A program made the translations under genes and the position numbers. A stretch of DNA of 64,000 nucleotides, taken from NCBI GenBank assembly GCA_963805625.1, contig CAWDVE010000010.1, positions 1,088,001 to 1,152,000 on the forward strand, in the 5' to 3' direction. The notes below the pieces were generated by a model that searched no databases, was not told where the DNA came from, and saw only the letters and a list, made by a program, of their open reading frames with translations. How positions within the stretch are numbered: the stretch's first letter is position 1; each line of letters begins with the position of its first letter. This DNA comes from an uncultured Candidatus Rokubacteria bacterium (GTDB lineage: Bacteria; Methylomirabilota; Methylomirabilia; Rokubacteriales; DASRDR01). This document shows positions 37,135 to 45,903 of the stretch, in pieces.

Positions 37135-38438
37135 GCCTCGATCCCGAGCTCGACGCCCTGCCCCGCCGCCGGCGCCGGCGGTGGGCGCCGAAGCGGATCG
37201 CGTTCCTGGCGCTGATCGCCGCCGCTGCCGTCGCCGGTGCCATCTACGGTCACGCGTGGTGGCGCCACCTGCAGGCCCACGTCTCGACGGACGACGCGTA
37301 CGTCGCGGGCCGCATCGCGCCGGTCAGCGCCCGGGTCGCGGGCCACGTGGCCAAGGTGCTCGTCAACGACAACCAGGACGTCCAGGCGGGGGATCTCCTC
37401 GTGCGTCTCGACGCGCGGGACTTCGAGGTCGCCCTCGCGGAGGCGCGGGCGGCCGCGGAAGCCGCGCGCGCCGACCTGCGGAACGCCACGCTCAACGTGC
37501 CGCTGACCGACGACACGACGCGGAGCGCGGCCACTCAGGCGGCGGCCGCGCTCGCCGCGGTCGAGCAAGGCGCCGAGATGTCGCGGCACGACCTCGAGCA
37601 GCGGCGCAGCGATCTCCGCGCGAAGCAGGCGGCGGTCGCCGCCGCCGATGCCGGCGTCCGCGCCGCCGCCGCCGACCTCGACCGGGCGCGGCAGGACCGC
37701 GATCGGCTCGTCGAGCTGTTCCGGGGGCAGCTCGTCGCCCGCCAGGATCTCGACCACGCCGAATCGGCGTTCCAGAGCGCCAGGGCGGCGCTCGACGGGG
37801 CCCGCGATCGGCTCGGCCAGGCGCATGGCGAGGCGCAGCAGGCGGCAGCCGCCGTGGAGAGCCAGTCCTCGGCCTTGATCCAGGCCACCCGGCGCGTCGA
37901 CGAGTCTCGGGCGACCCTGGCCAGCGCCGTGAGCCAGCGACAGCAGGTCGGGGTGCGCCAGACGCAGGTCGACGCCGCGCGCGGCCGGCTGGAGCAGGCG
38001 CTGGCCAACCTCGCCCAGGCGGAGCTGAACCTCGCGTACACGACCATCCGCGCGCCGATGAGCGGGCGCGTGACCAAGAAGACGGTCGAGGTCGGCCAGG
38101 TGGTCCAGCCCGGCCAGCTGTTCCTCTCGGTGGTCGATCTCCGTGACGTCTGGGTCATCGGAAACTTCAAGGAGACCGACCTCACGGACGTGCGACCGGG
38201 CCAGCCGGCCGCGATCACGGTCGACACCTACCCCGGCGTCGTCTTCAAGGGGCGCGTCGATTCGATCCAGGCGGGGTCGGGCGCGGTCTTCTCCCTGCTG
38301 CCTCCGGAGAACGCGTCGGGAAACTTCGTGAAGGTGGTCCAGCGGGTGCCCGTCAAGCTCGTCTTCGAGCCGGGGGAGACGACGAAGCACGCCCTCGTCC
38401 CCGGCATGTCGGTCGTGCCCACCATCGCCGTCCGCTGA
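37131..38438 (+). CDS. emrA: EmrA/HlyD-family membrane fusion protein
   Basis: STDDAYV, YTTIRAP..GRV, NFKET, FSLLPPENASGNFVKVVQRVPV, PGMSV. Confidence 0.92.
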   Translation: MSLDPELDALPRRRRRRWAPKRIAFLALIAAAAVAGAIYGHAWWRHLQAHVSTDDAYVAGRIAPVSARVAGHVAKVLVNDNQDVQAGDLLVRLDARDFEVALAEARAAAEAARADLRNATLNVPLTDDTTRSAATQAAAALAAVEQGAEMSRHDLEQRRSDLRAKQAAVAAADAGVRAAAADLDRARQDRDRLVELFRGQLVARQDLDHAESAFQSARAALDGARDRLGQAHGEAQQAAAAVESQSSALIQATRRVDESRATLASAVSQRQQVGVRQTQVDAARGRLEQALANLAQAELNLAYTTIRAPMSGRVTKKTVEVGQVVQPGQLFLSVVDLRDVWVIGNFKETDLTDVRPGQPAAITVDTYPGVVFKGRVDSIQAGSGAVFSLLPPENASGNFVKVVQRVPVKLVFEPGETTKHALVPGMSVVPTIAVR

Positions 38439-38586
38439 TCACCTGACCCACGGGACCGGTTTGCCGCCTCGGTGAGCGCCGGGCTACCCCAATCGTGGGC
38501 AGTCACCTGACTCCGGGTGTCCCCCGCCACGGCAACACGCCGAAAAGTCGGGGCGATCCCTCGACTCCCTCCGCGCGGCACGCCGC

Positions 38587-38841
38587 TTGCTCTGGTGCCG
38601 CTCCCTGGCTCTGGCGGCCTTCGGGGGCGAGCCCTGGGAAGGCCTCGCCGCCGACGTGGCGGGCGTCGTCGGGGCCTGCCCGGGGGTCCGCGCGGCCGGC
38701 GGCGCCCTCGCGCGGCGTGGCGTCATCGTCCGATGCCTCGCCGAGAGCGCGGCGGCCCTGGGTGACGCTGTCGAGCGCCTCTGGGCCCTGGTGCGGCGCC
38801 GGATGCTCGACTGCCCGCCCCTCGCCCTCCGGAAGCTCTAG
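38587..38841 (+). pseudogene. C-terminal remnant of a UreD-like urease accessory protein
   Basis: GVIVRCLA...LWALVRRRMLDCPPLALRKL-TAG resembles UreD termini; no urease genes in the window. Confidence 0.5.
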
Positions 38842-38972
38842 CTCGCGCCCAGCCTGTTTCTTCGTCCAGGACACACCCCGTCTCTCACCCTCGACTGATC
38901 TCGCCCCACCCGCTTGATCCACCAGACCATGGCGACCGGGCCGCCGGGTGGGGTATTCTCCGGCGAGAAGGC

Positions 38973-40112
38973 ATGACCACCTACCGCATCCCGTTCAACC
39001 GTCCCAGTCTGACTGGGAACGAGCTCCGCTACATCCAGGAGTCCGTGGACTCGGGGCGGATCTCAGGCGACGGCGTGTTCACCGAGAAGTGCCGACGCCT
39101 GCTCGAGGAGCTGCTCAGCGCCCCCCGGGTGCTGCTGACGACGTCCTGCACGACGGCGCTCGAGATCGCCGCCCTGCTCCTCGACCTCGGGCCGGGCGAC
39201 GAGGTGATCATGCCGTCGTTCACCTTCGTCTCCACGGCGAACGCGTTCGTGCTCCGCGGGGCGCGCCCGGTCTTCGTCGACATCCGTCCCGACACGCTCA
39301 ACCTCGACGAGCGACTCCTCCCGTCGCTGGTCACGCCCCGCACGCGGGCGATCGTCCCCGTGCACTACGCCGGCGTCGGCTGCGAGATGGACGCGATCCT
39401 GGCGGTCGCGAGCCGGCACGGCCTCGCGGTGGTCGAGGACAATGCCCACGGCCTGTTCGGCACCTACCGCGGGCGACCGCTCGGCAGCTTCGGCGGCCTG
39501 GCGGCTCAGAGCTTCCACGAGACGAAGAACATCAGCTGCGGCGAGGGCGGAGCGCTCGTCATCAACGACGAGCGCTACGCCGAGCGCGCCGAGATCCTCC
39601 GCGAGAAGGGCACGAACCGGAGCCGCTTGTTCCGCGGTCAGGTGGACAAGTACACCTGGGTGGACGTCGGATCGAGCTCGCTCCCCTCCGACATCCTGGC
39701 GGCGTTCCTGTACGCCCAGCTCGAGGCTCGTGGCAGCATCCAGGCCAGGCGCCGCCGTATCTGGGAGTGCTACGCGCGGGAGCTCCCAGGATGGGCCGGC
39801 GCCCACGGCATCGGGCTTCCGTCCGTTCCGGCGCACTGTGAGCAGCCGTACCACCTCTTCTACCTAGTCACCGCGTCGCTCGAGCAGCGCACCCGGCTCA
39901 TCGCGCACCTCAGGCAGCGCGGGATCCTGGCGGTCTTCCACTATCTTCCGCTGCACCTCTCCGAGATGGGCCAGCGCCTGGGGGGCAAGCCCGGGGACTG
40001 CCCGGTCACCGAGGACCTGAGCGACCGCGTGCTCCGCCTCCCCTTCTACAACGACCTCGGCGAGGAGGAGCGAGCCTACGTGGTCGACAGCCTGCGCGCC
40101 TTCGACGGTTGA
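38973..40112 (+). CDS. wecE: dTDP-4-amino-4,6-dideoxygalactose transaminase (DegT family)
   Basis: IPFNRP, LLTTSCT, PSFTFVSTANAF, SFHETKN (PLP lysine), REKGTNRS, VDKYTWVD, FHYLPLH. Confidence 0.9.
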   Translation: MTTYRIPFNRPSLTGNELRYIQESVDSGRISGDGVFTEKCRRLLEELLSAPRVLLTTSCTTALEIAALLLDLGPGDEVIMPSFTFVSTANAFVLRGARPVFVDIRPDTLNLDERLLPSLVTPRTRAIVPVHYAGVGCEMDAILAVASRHGLAVVEDNAHGLFGTYRGRPLGSFGGLAAQSFHETKNISCGEGGALVINDERYAERAEILREKGTNRSRLFRGQVDKYTWVDVGSSSLPSDILAAFLYAQLEARGSIQARRRRIWECYARELPGWAGAHGIGLPSVPAHCEQPYHLFYLVTASLEQRTRLIAHLRQRGILAVFHYLPLHLSEMGQRLGGKPGDCPVTEDLSDRVLRLPFYNDLGEEERAYVVDSLRAFDG

Positions 40113-40151
40113 CGCCCTGAGCGATCCGACAAACCTCGCGCTTCGGGCTGA

Positions 40152-41333
40152 ATGAGGCAGCTAGCCGGTCGGCTGGGGCGCGGCGTCCGCGAGAGCCGCG
40201 AGCCGCTCCTGGTCTTCGCCGTCACCCGCGGGGCGCTCTTCCTGCTCGCCTATCTCAGCCTCGCCGTCCTGCCGCTCAATTCCGATCCCGGTGTCGCGGG
40301 CCCCACCGGAGGCCCCTGGCGCGGCTTCCCAACCAACCTGTGGCTCGACGGCTGGGCCCGCTGGGACGCCGGGTGGTACGACCACATCGCGACGCACGGC
40401 TACGTCGACCAGGCCGTCGGGCCGGCCGGCCAGCGCAACCTGGCGTTCTACCCCGTCTATCCCCTGGCCATGCGGCTCGTGAGCCTCGCCGGACCGGAGC
40501 CGCTGGCTGCCGGGATCCTGGTTTCGAACCTGGCGTTCCTCGGCGCGCTCCTGCTGCTCCACCGCGTGGCGCGCGCGCGCTTCGGCGCCGAGGCGGCGTT
40601 CAGGTGCGTCCTCCTCCTATCGGTCTTTCCCTTCTCCTTCTACTTCAGCGCCGTGTACTCGGAGGGCCTGTTCCTGTTCCTGGCTGTGGCGTCGCTGTTC
40701 CTGGGCGAGCGAGGGCATTGGGCGGGGGCGTCGCTCTGCGCGCTTCTCTGCGGCGCCACGCGCGCGCCCGGACTCGCCCTCGCGCCAGCGCTGGGCCTCC
40801 TCTACCTCGACCGGATCCGGTTCGATCTCAGGAAGGTGCGCCCGGACGTCCTTTGGCTCGGACTGAGCGTCCTCGGGCCCGTCCTGTTCTACGCGTACCT
40901 GCACGTCCAGTTCGGCGACCCGTGGCTCGCGTTCAAGGCGACACGGGTGCCGGGCTGGTGGCAAGGGGGATTCAGCCTGAAGCCCGTCGAGCGGGCCGTG
41001 CGGGCCTTGCGCTCGATCGAGAACCTCCGAACGGGCCAGTTCCCTGTGGTCTACGACCTGAACCTCCTGGCGGCGCTACTCTGTCTCGGCTCGCTCGTTC
41101 CCGTGTTCCGGCGGCAGCCGCTGGCCTGGGGTCTTTTCAGCCTGCTGATCGTGGCATCGGGTGTGCTCCAGCCGGGCGGCTGGGGACGCTATGTGCTTCC
41201 GGCCTTCCCGGTGTTCCTGGCCTGGGCAGTCGCCCTGGAGAACCGCCTGGCGTTCGCGGGAGCCGTCGTGCTCTCCACGCTCTTGCTGGCGCTGCTCACG
41301 ATTCTGTACACGCACTGGTACTGGGTGGCCTAA
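40152..41333 (+). CDS. PIG-V/Gpi18-like GT-C membrane glycosyltransferase
   Basis: WARWDAGWY..IA..GY, LAFYPVYP, YSEGLF, ATRAPG, RY...AFP; multiple TMs. Confidence 0.82.
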   Translation: MRQLAGRLGRGVRESREPLLVFAVTRGALFLLAYLSLAVLPLNSDPGVAGPTGGPWRGFPTNLWLDGWARWDAGWYDHIATHGYVDQAVGPAGQRNLAFYPVYPLAMRLVSLAGPEPLAAGILVSNLAFLGALLLLHRVARARFGAEAAFRCVLLLSVFPFSFYFSAVYSEGLFLFLAVASLFLGERGHWAGASLCALLCGATRAPGLALAPALGLLYLDRIRFDLRKVRPDVLWLGLSVLGPVLFYAYLHVQFGDPWLAFKATRVPGWWQGGFSLKPVERAVRALRSIENLRTGQFPVVYDLNLLAALLCLGSLVPVFRRQPLAWGLFSLLIVASGVLQPGGWGRYVLPAFPVFLAWAVALENRLAFAGAVVLSTLLLALLTILYTHWYWVA

Positions 41334-41339
41334 TCGCCC

Positions 41340-42161
41340 TCACTTGGAGATCACGCCCGGACGGAGGAGGTGCGGGGCCTCCGGCGCGTGCCAATGAAAG
41401 GTCGCCCGTGGGTTTCGGAACCGCCAGCCGAAGTGTGCGACCAGGTTCATGATACGCGTGTTGCCGGCCGAGAGCTTGGCCGTGATCCACCGGGTGCCGA
41501 GGGCCTTCAGATCGAGCTGCATGCCTGTCATGAGCGCCAGCGCGGCCGGCGTGCCCTTGGCCGCCTCGGTCACCCCCATGATGCCGACCTCGGCACGGTC
41601 CTCGACGAGCCTCAGCTGGAAGAAGCCCTTGACGTTGCCCGGCTTGCCGACGACGTACACGCGGTCCGCCGGATCCGTTGAGGTACAGGCGCTCCGGACC
41701 CAGTGACGGTAGCGTCGATCCGCCAGGTCCGGTGGGAAGCACGGATCGGCGCTGTACCGCCCGTGACGGAAGGTGTGTCCCGCGATCTCCTCGATCTGCG
41801 GATGGTCGTCCACGGTACCGAGCCGCACCGGACGCGACGGGGGCGGCGCATCGTACGTCTGGATGCGAAACGCGACGTCCAGGGTCTGCTCCACGGACAC
41901 GAATCCCAGCGCAGGCATCAGCGCCCGCCAGATCCGGTCGTCCGCGGGAACGGTACAGGAGACGAGCTCGACCCGGTGCGTCGACGTCCACGCGCGGAGT
42001 CGATCGCCACAGGCCACCAGGTCAGCCTGAAGGGCGCAGGGCTCCCCGGGCTCGTAGGTGCCAACCGGAAATCCGAAGATGTCCGTGTCCCAAGGCACGA
42101 CGAACACCCCACCCCACTCCGGGCGCTCCGCGTCGAGCGGCTGGACGGAGACCTCAGGCAT
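41340..42161 (-). CDS. GNAT acetyltransferase, WecD-like
   Basis: PWDTDIFG, FRHGRYSADPCFP..LADRRYRHW, GN near the C-terminus; overlaps the GT2 stop. Confidence 0.72.
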   Translation of the reverse strand: MPEVSVQPLDAERPEWGGVFVVPWDTDIFGFPVGTYEPGEPCALQADLVACGDRLRAWTSTHRVELVSCTVPADDRIWRALMPALGFVSVEQTLDVAFRIQTYDAPPPSRPVRLGTVDDHPQIEEIAGHTFRHGRYSADPCFPPDLADRRYRHWVRSACTSTDPADRVYVVGKPGNVKGFFQLRLVEDRAEVGIMGVTEAAKGTPAALALMTGMQLDLKALGTRWITAKLSAGNTRIMNLVAHFGWRFRNPRATFHWHAPEAPHLLRPGVISK

Positions 42162-43143
42162 CGCCGTCCAGGGATTCGCCGATCCGCTCCCGGACCACGT
42201 ACGCCGGCTCCCGCAACACGCGATGGTGGATGCGGGCCACGTACTCGCCCAGGATGCCCAGCGTGAACAGCTGCGCGCCCGAGAAGATCGCCAGCGCCGA
42301 TGCGAGGAACCGAAAGACCGACAGGGGTTGCCCGGTCGCAAGGTAGGACCCCAGCACGAAGGCGAACGCGGCGAGCCCCAGCAGCATCACGACAAATCCG
42401 ACGAGACTGGCGAGACGAAGCGGCCAGGTGCGAAAGGTCGTCGTCAGGTCGATCGCCAGCTTGGCGAGCTTGAACCAGCTGTACTGCGACCGGCCGTGAC
42501 GCCTCGGCTCGTGGCGGACCTCTACCGAAGCGGTGCGGGTCGTCGTCCACGCGAGCAGCGCATCGATGGCGACAGCCGGCCCCTCGTAGTGGGCGAACCC
42601 CTCGCGGAGAACCGTCCGGAACGCCCGGAAGGCGCTCGCCCGGGACGCGATCCCTACTCCGAGCACACGGTGCAGCCACAGCTTCGTGAGGCGCGACGAA
42701 AGGTTCCGCGAGAATCCCTGCTGGGGCAGCGCGGGCACCCCGTAGACGAGGTCCTGGCCCTGGCCAAGCGTCCCTAGCAAGAGCGGGATCTCCTCCGGAG
42801 GATGCTGCAGGTCGTCGTCCATCGTCACCGTGGCTGCGAAGCGGGCGGCACGAATCCCGGCCAGGAGCGCGTTGTGCTGGCCGTAGTTCCGCATCAGATT
42901 GATGCCGCGAACCCAAGGGTACTTCCGCGCCGCTTGGCCGATCGCCTCCCAGGAGCCGTCCTGGCTGCCGTCGTTGACCAGCACCACCTCAAACCGGTCG
43001 GCGGCGCCGGGCAGGACCGCGGCGAGGCGCTCAGTCAAGATGGGAAGCGTCGCGTGGCTGTTGTAGACCGGGATCACGACCGTGCACTCACGCTGCTGGC
43101 AGTACCGACTCTGGGGGGATTCCGGCGGGGTCGGCACCGTCAT
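42154..43143 (-). CDS. GT2 polyprenol-phosphate glycosyltransferase (ArnC/GtrB-like)
   Basis: VIPVYN, VNDGSQDGS, RNYGQHNA, MDDDLQHPPE, two C-terminal TMs ending LGILGEYVARI. Confidence 0.9.
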   Translation of the reverse strand: MTVPTPPESPQSRYCQQRECTVVIPVYNSHATLPILTERLAAVLPGAADRFEVVLVNDGSQDGSWEAIGQAARKYPWVRGINLMRNYGQHNALLAGIRAARFAATVTMDDDLQHPPEEIPLLLGTLGQGQDLVYGVPALPQQGFSRNLSSRLTKLWLHRVLGVGIASRASAFRAFRTVLREGFAHYEGPAVAIDALLAWTTTRTASVEVRHEPRRHGRSQYSWFKLAKLAIDLTTTFRTWPLRLASLVGFVVMLLGLAAFAFVLGSYLATGQPLSVFRFLASALAIFSGAQLFTLGILGEYVARIHHRVLREPAYVVRERIGESLDGDA

Positions 43144-43439
43144 GCCACCGGCATCGCGGCTCGTCGCACCGACAGCACGAGCCGACACCCGGCCAGCCGC
43201 CTCGCGGTCGCGCCGGGCAGGAGGGTGACACAACGCCATCGATAAGCCAGCATTCGTCAGCCTTAGCCGAGAACGTTAACATGGCCGCCCGTAATCACGC
43301 ACCCTCCGCGCTCGAGCGGAAGTCGTCGACCTCGAGAATCCGATCCGCCCGTCATGAAGGACCCACTCGATGTGGCACCTTGGCGCCCCGGAGGCTCCGG
43401 TCTTCGGGTGCCGGTGGGCGGCACCGTAAGCTCGGTCGG

Positions 43440-43468
43440 TTGACTGTGTAGCAATGATGTGGTACGGC
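43440..43468 (+). promoter_or_regulatory. Candidate promoter of the toxin-antitoxin operon
   Basis: TTGACT-N17-TACGGC with TG extension; the -10 is weak. Confidence 0.4.
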
Positions 43469-43495
43469 TTCCATATCACAGTGTGGATTGTGCCT

Positions 43496-43762
43496 ATGCC
43501 CAGGGCTTCCCGAGCCAAAAAGGTAATACAGGTTCCGATCGAGCCGAGCCTCCTCTCGAGGATCGACGATACCGCTCGGTTGGTGGCGGAGAGCCGCGCG
43601 GCCTTCATCCGGGAGGCGTGTAAGATGCGCCTGCGTGAGCTCGACGCCGCTCAGCAGGACCGACGGTACGTGGAAGGCTACAGCCGGAAACCCGAGTCGA
43701 CAGCCTGGGCGAAGACCAGCGCGCTCCTGTTTTCCCGGGTCCTGCCCCGGGAGAAGTGGTAG
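43496..43762 (+). CDS. Ribbon-helix-helix (CopG-like) antitoxin
   Basis: VIQVPIEPSLLSRID...SRAAFIREA RHH pattern and YVEGY..KPE tail; immediately upstream of the toxin. Confidence 0.82.
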   Translation: MPRASRAKKVIQVPIEPSLLSRIDDTARLVAESRAAFIREACKMRLRELDAAQQDRRYVEGYSRKPESTAWAKTSALLFSRVLPREKW

Positions 43763-43771
43763 GGCGGCGCG

Positions 43772-44086
43772 GTGAGACGCGGCGAGGTGTGGTGGGCCCA
43801 CCTGCCGCGCCCGATCGGACGCAGGCCCGTCGTGTTGCTCAGTCGTGACGTGGCCTACCGAGTCCGTACAGCGGTGACGGTGGCCCCCGTGACCCGGACC
43901 GTCCGCAACATCCCGGTCGAGGTCGCGCTCGACCGAGCGGACGGACTCCCTATCCGTTGCGTAGTGAACTTGGACGACATCACCACCATCCCCAAGACCC
44001 TCGTCACCGAGCGGATCTCGACTCTCTCCGTCGAGCGGATGCGTGAGATCGACGAGGCGGTCCGCTTCGCGCTCGACCTGTCCTGA
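43772..44086 (+). CDS. PemK/MazF-family endoribonuclease toxin
   Basis: MRRGEVWWA...RRPVVLLSRD...VTVAPVT...VNLDDITT...AVRFALDL. Confidence 0.92.
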   Translation: MRRGEVWWAHLPRPIGRRPVVLLSRDVAYRVRTAVTVAPVTRTVRNIPVEVALDRADGLPIRCVVNLDDITTIPKTLVTERISTLSVERMREIDEAVRFALDLS

Positions 44087-44110
44087 TCGCTGGGCCGCGA
44101 ACTGCCAGGC

Positions 44111-44896
44111 CTACCCCGCGGTGAACCCTCCGTCGACCACGAGCTCGGCGCCGGTCATGAACGAGGACTCGTCCGAGGCGAGGAACAGCGCGGCAAACGC
44201 GATCTCGCGCGGCTTCGCGATCCGCCCGAGGGGGATGCCGGTCTCGAACTCCTTCCGGACGGCGTCGCTCAGGTACGGGGCCTGGAGCGGCGTGTCCACG
44301 ATCCCCGGGTGGATGATGTTGCAGCGGATCCGGTCCTTCGCGAACTGGATCGCGAGAGACTTGGTCAGGGAGATGAGGGCTCCCTTCGCCGACGTGTAGG
44401 CGTCCTGGGCGCGCGTGAAACCGACCAGCGCCGACACGGAGCCCACGTTGACGATCGACCCGCCGCCGGCTTTCCGGAGGTGGGGAATGCCGTGCTTGGT
44501 CACCCAGAAGACGGACTTCAGGTTGACGCCCATCACCCGCTCCCACCAGCCGTCGTCGGTCTCCAGCACGGAGCGGTCGCGGTCCTTCCAGAGGACGCCC
44601 GCGTTGTTGTAGAGAACGTGCAGCGCGCCGAACCGGCGCGCCGTCTCGTCGATCATGCGCTGGACGTCGGCCTCCACGGCCACGTCCCCCGCCACGGCGA
44701 GGGCCTGGCCGCCCGCGCGCTCAATGAGCGCCACCGTCTCCTCGGCCGCGGCCTTGTTGATGTCAGCCACGCCGATCCGGGCGCCGTGCTCGGCGAACAG
44801 GACGGCGGCCTCCCGCCCCATCCCCATGCCGGCCCCGGTGATGAACGCCACCTTCCCCGCGAGCCTCGGCCCGAGGCCAGCCCCGTCCACCGTCAT
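44111..44896 (-). CDS. Short-chain dehydrogenase/reductase
   Basis: TGAGMGMG, NNAG, YTSAK catalytic motif, VDGG. Confidence 0.92.
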   Translation of the reverse strand: MTVDGAGLGPRLAGKVAFITGAGMGMGREAAVLFAEHGARIGVADINKAAAEETVALIERAGGQALAVAGDVAVEADVQRMIDETARRFGALHVLYNNAGVLWKDRDRSVLETDDGWWERVMGVNLKSVFWVTKHGIPHLRKAGGGSIVNVGSVSALVGFTRAQDAYTSAKGALISLTKSLAIQFAKDRIRCNIIHPGIVDTPLQAPYLSDAVRKEFETGIPLGRIAKPREIAFAALFLASDESSFMTGAELVVDGGFTAG

Positions 44897-45012
44897 GACC
44901 CATCCTCCCCGTCGTCGACCGAACTGGCGGTCGAGCTGAATGACGCCGCCATCCTACCTCACTCCACACGGCTTAAACCCGCGGCGCGGCGCTGGCACAA
45001 TCGTGTCAGTTC

Positions 45013-45903
45013 TCAGGGCACTCGGACCCGGAGCACGGCCGGGCGGATCCGCACGGTCAGGACCGGGCCGCCCGTGACGGCCTCGCCGTCCACGTGGAAG
45101 AGGATCGGCTCCGTTCCCGTGATCTCCACGGTCGGCGTGCGCGTCGTGCGAACGCCGGGCGCCCGGTCCAGCGTGCCCCGGAAGAGATGGAGCGCGTCGC
45201 GGAGGGCCACAAGCGGGGGGCGCGCCGCCACCGTCACGACGTCGAGCTGACCGTCGTCCGGTCGCGCGGTGGGAGCGACCACGGCCCCGCCTCCGTACTG
45301 GCGCGCGTTCGCGCAGATGATGACGAGGGCCCGCTCCTGCCAGGTCTCGGCGCCGACGCGGATCGTGTACTCGCGGGCGCGATAGCGGAGGATCTCACGC
45401 ACGCCGATCGCCAGGTAGGGCCAGAGCCCGCGGCGTCCGCCGCGCCGGGCGTTGAACAGCGCGGCGACGTGCGCGTCGAGTCCGATGCCGGCCAGGTTGA
45501 CGAACAGGTGTCCCTCGACGTCCCCGACGTCGATCACGCGCTCCCGCCGGCCGAGCGCGACGGCAAGCGCCCCGGCCGGGTCCCAGGGGATCCCGAGCTC
45601 GCGGGCGAGGCCGTTGCCGGAGCCGGCCGGCACGACACCGAGGGCCGTGCCGGTCCCCGCCAGGGCGCGGGCGACCTCGTTCACCGTCCCGTCACCGCCC
45701 CACGCGCAGACGACCGCCGTGCGCGCGGCCACCGCGGCGCGGGCGAGCTCGAGCGCATGGCCCGGCCCCTCGGTGAGCCGCACCGTCCCCTGGACACCCC
45801 GCGCGGCGAGCACGCTCTCGGCGAGGGCCAGCCGGCGGTCTCCGGTCCGGCGGCCTCGCGGGCCCGCGGCCGGGTTGACGATGACGGCGACGGACGCGGT
45901 CAG
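45013..45903 (-). CDS. Diacylglycerol-kinase-family (YegS/DgkB-like) lipid kinase, apparent CTG start
   Basis: IVNPAAG, GGDGTVNEV, PAGSGNGLAR, GIGLDA, YGGG, DDGQLD, HVDGE. The only plausible start before IVNP is CTG 45903, overlapping the GS-family TGA. Confidence 0.88.
   Translation of the reverse strand: MTASVAVIVNPAAGPRGRRTGDRRLALAESVLAARGVQGTVRLTEGPGHALELARAAVAARTAVVCAWGGDGTVNEVARALAGTGTALGVVPAGSGNGLARELGIPWDPAGALAVALGRRERVIDVGDVEGHLFVNLAGIGLDAHVAALFNARRGGRRGLWPYLAIGVREILRYRAREYTIRVGAETWQERALVIICANARQYGGGAVVAPTARPDDGQLDVVTVAARPPLVALRDALHLFRGTLDRAPGVRTTRTPTVEITGTEPILFHVDGEAVTGGPVLTVRIRPAVLRVRVP

Noticed and set aside
36444-38438. Apparent TetR-EmrA fusion protein (664 aa)
   Set aside because: It arises from one extra base near 36804. 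The TetR C-terminus is in another frame and ends in an ATGA overlap with the true emrA start.
44993-45007. TGGCAC as a second sigma-54 promoter
   Set aside because: The -12 position is TC rather than GC, and it points into the 3' end of a convergent gene.
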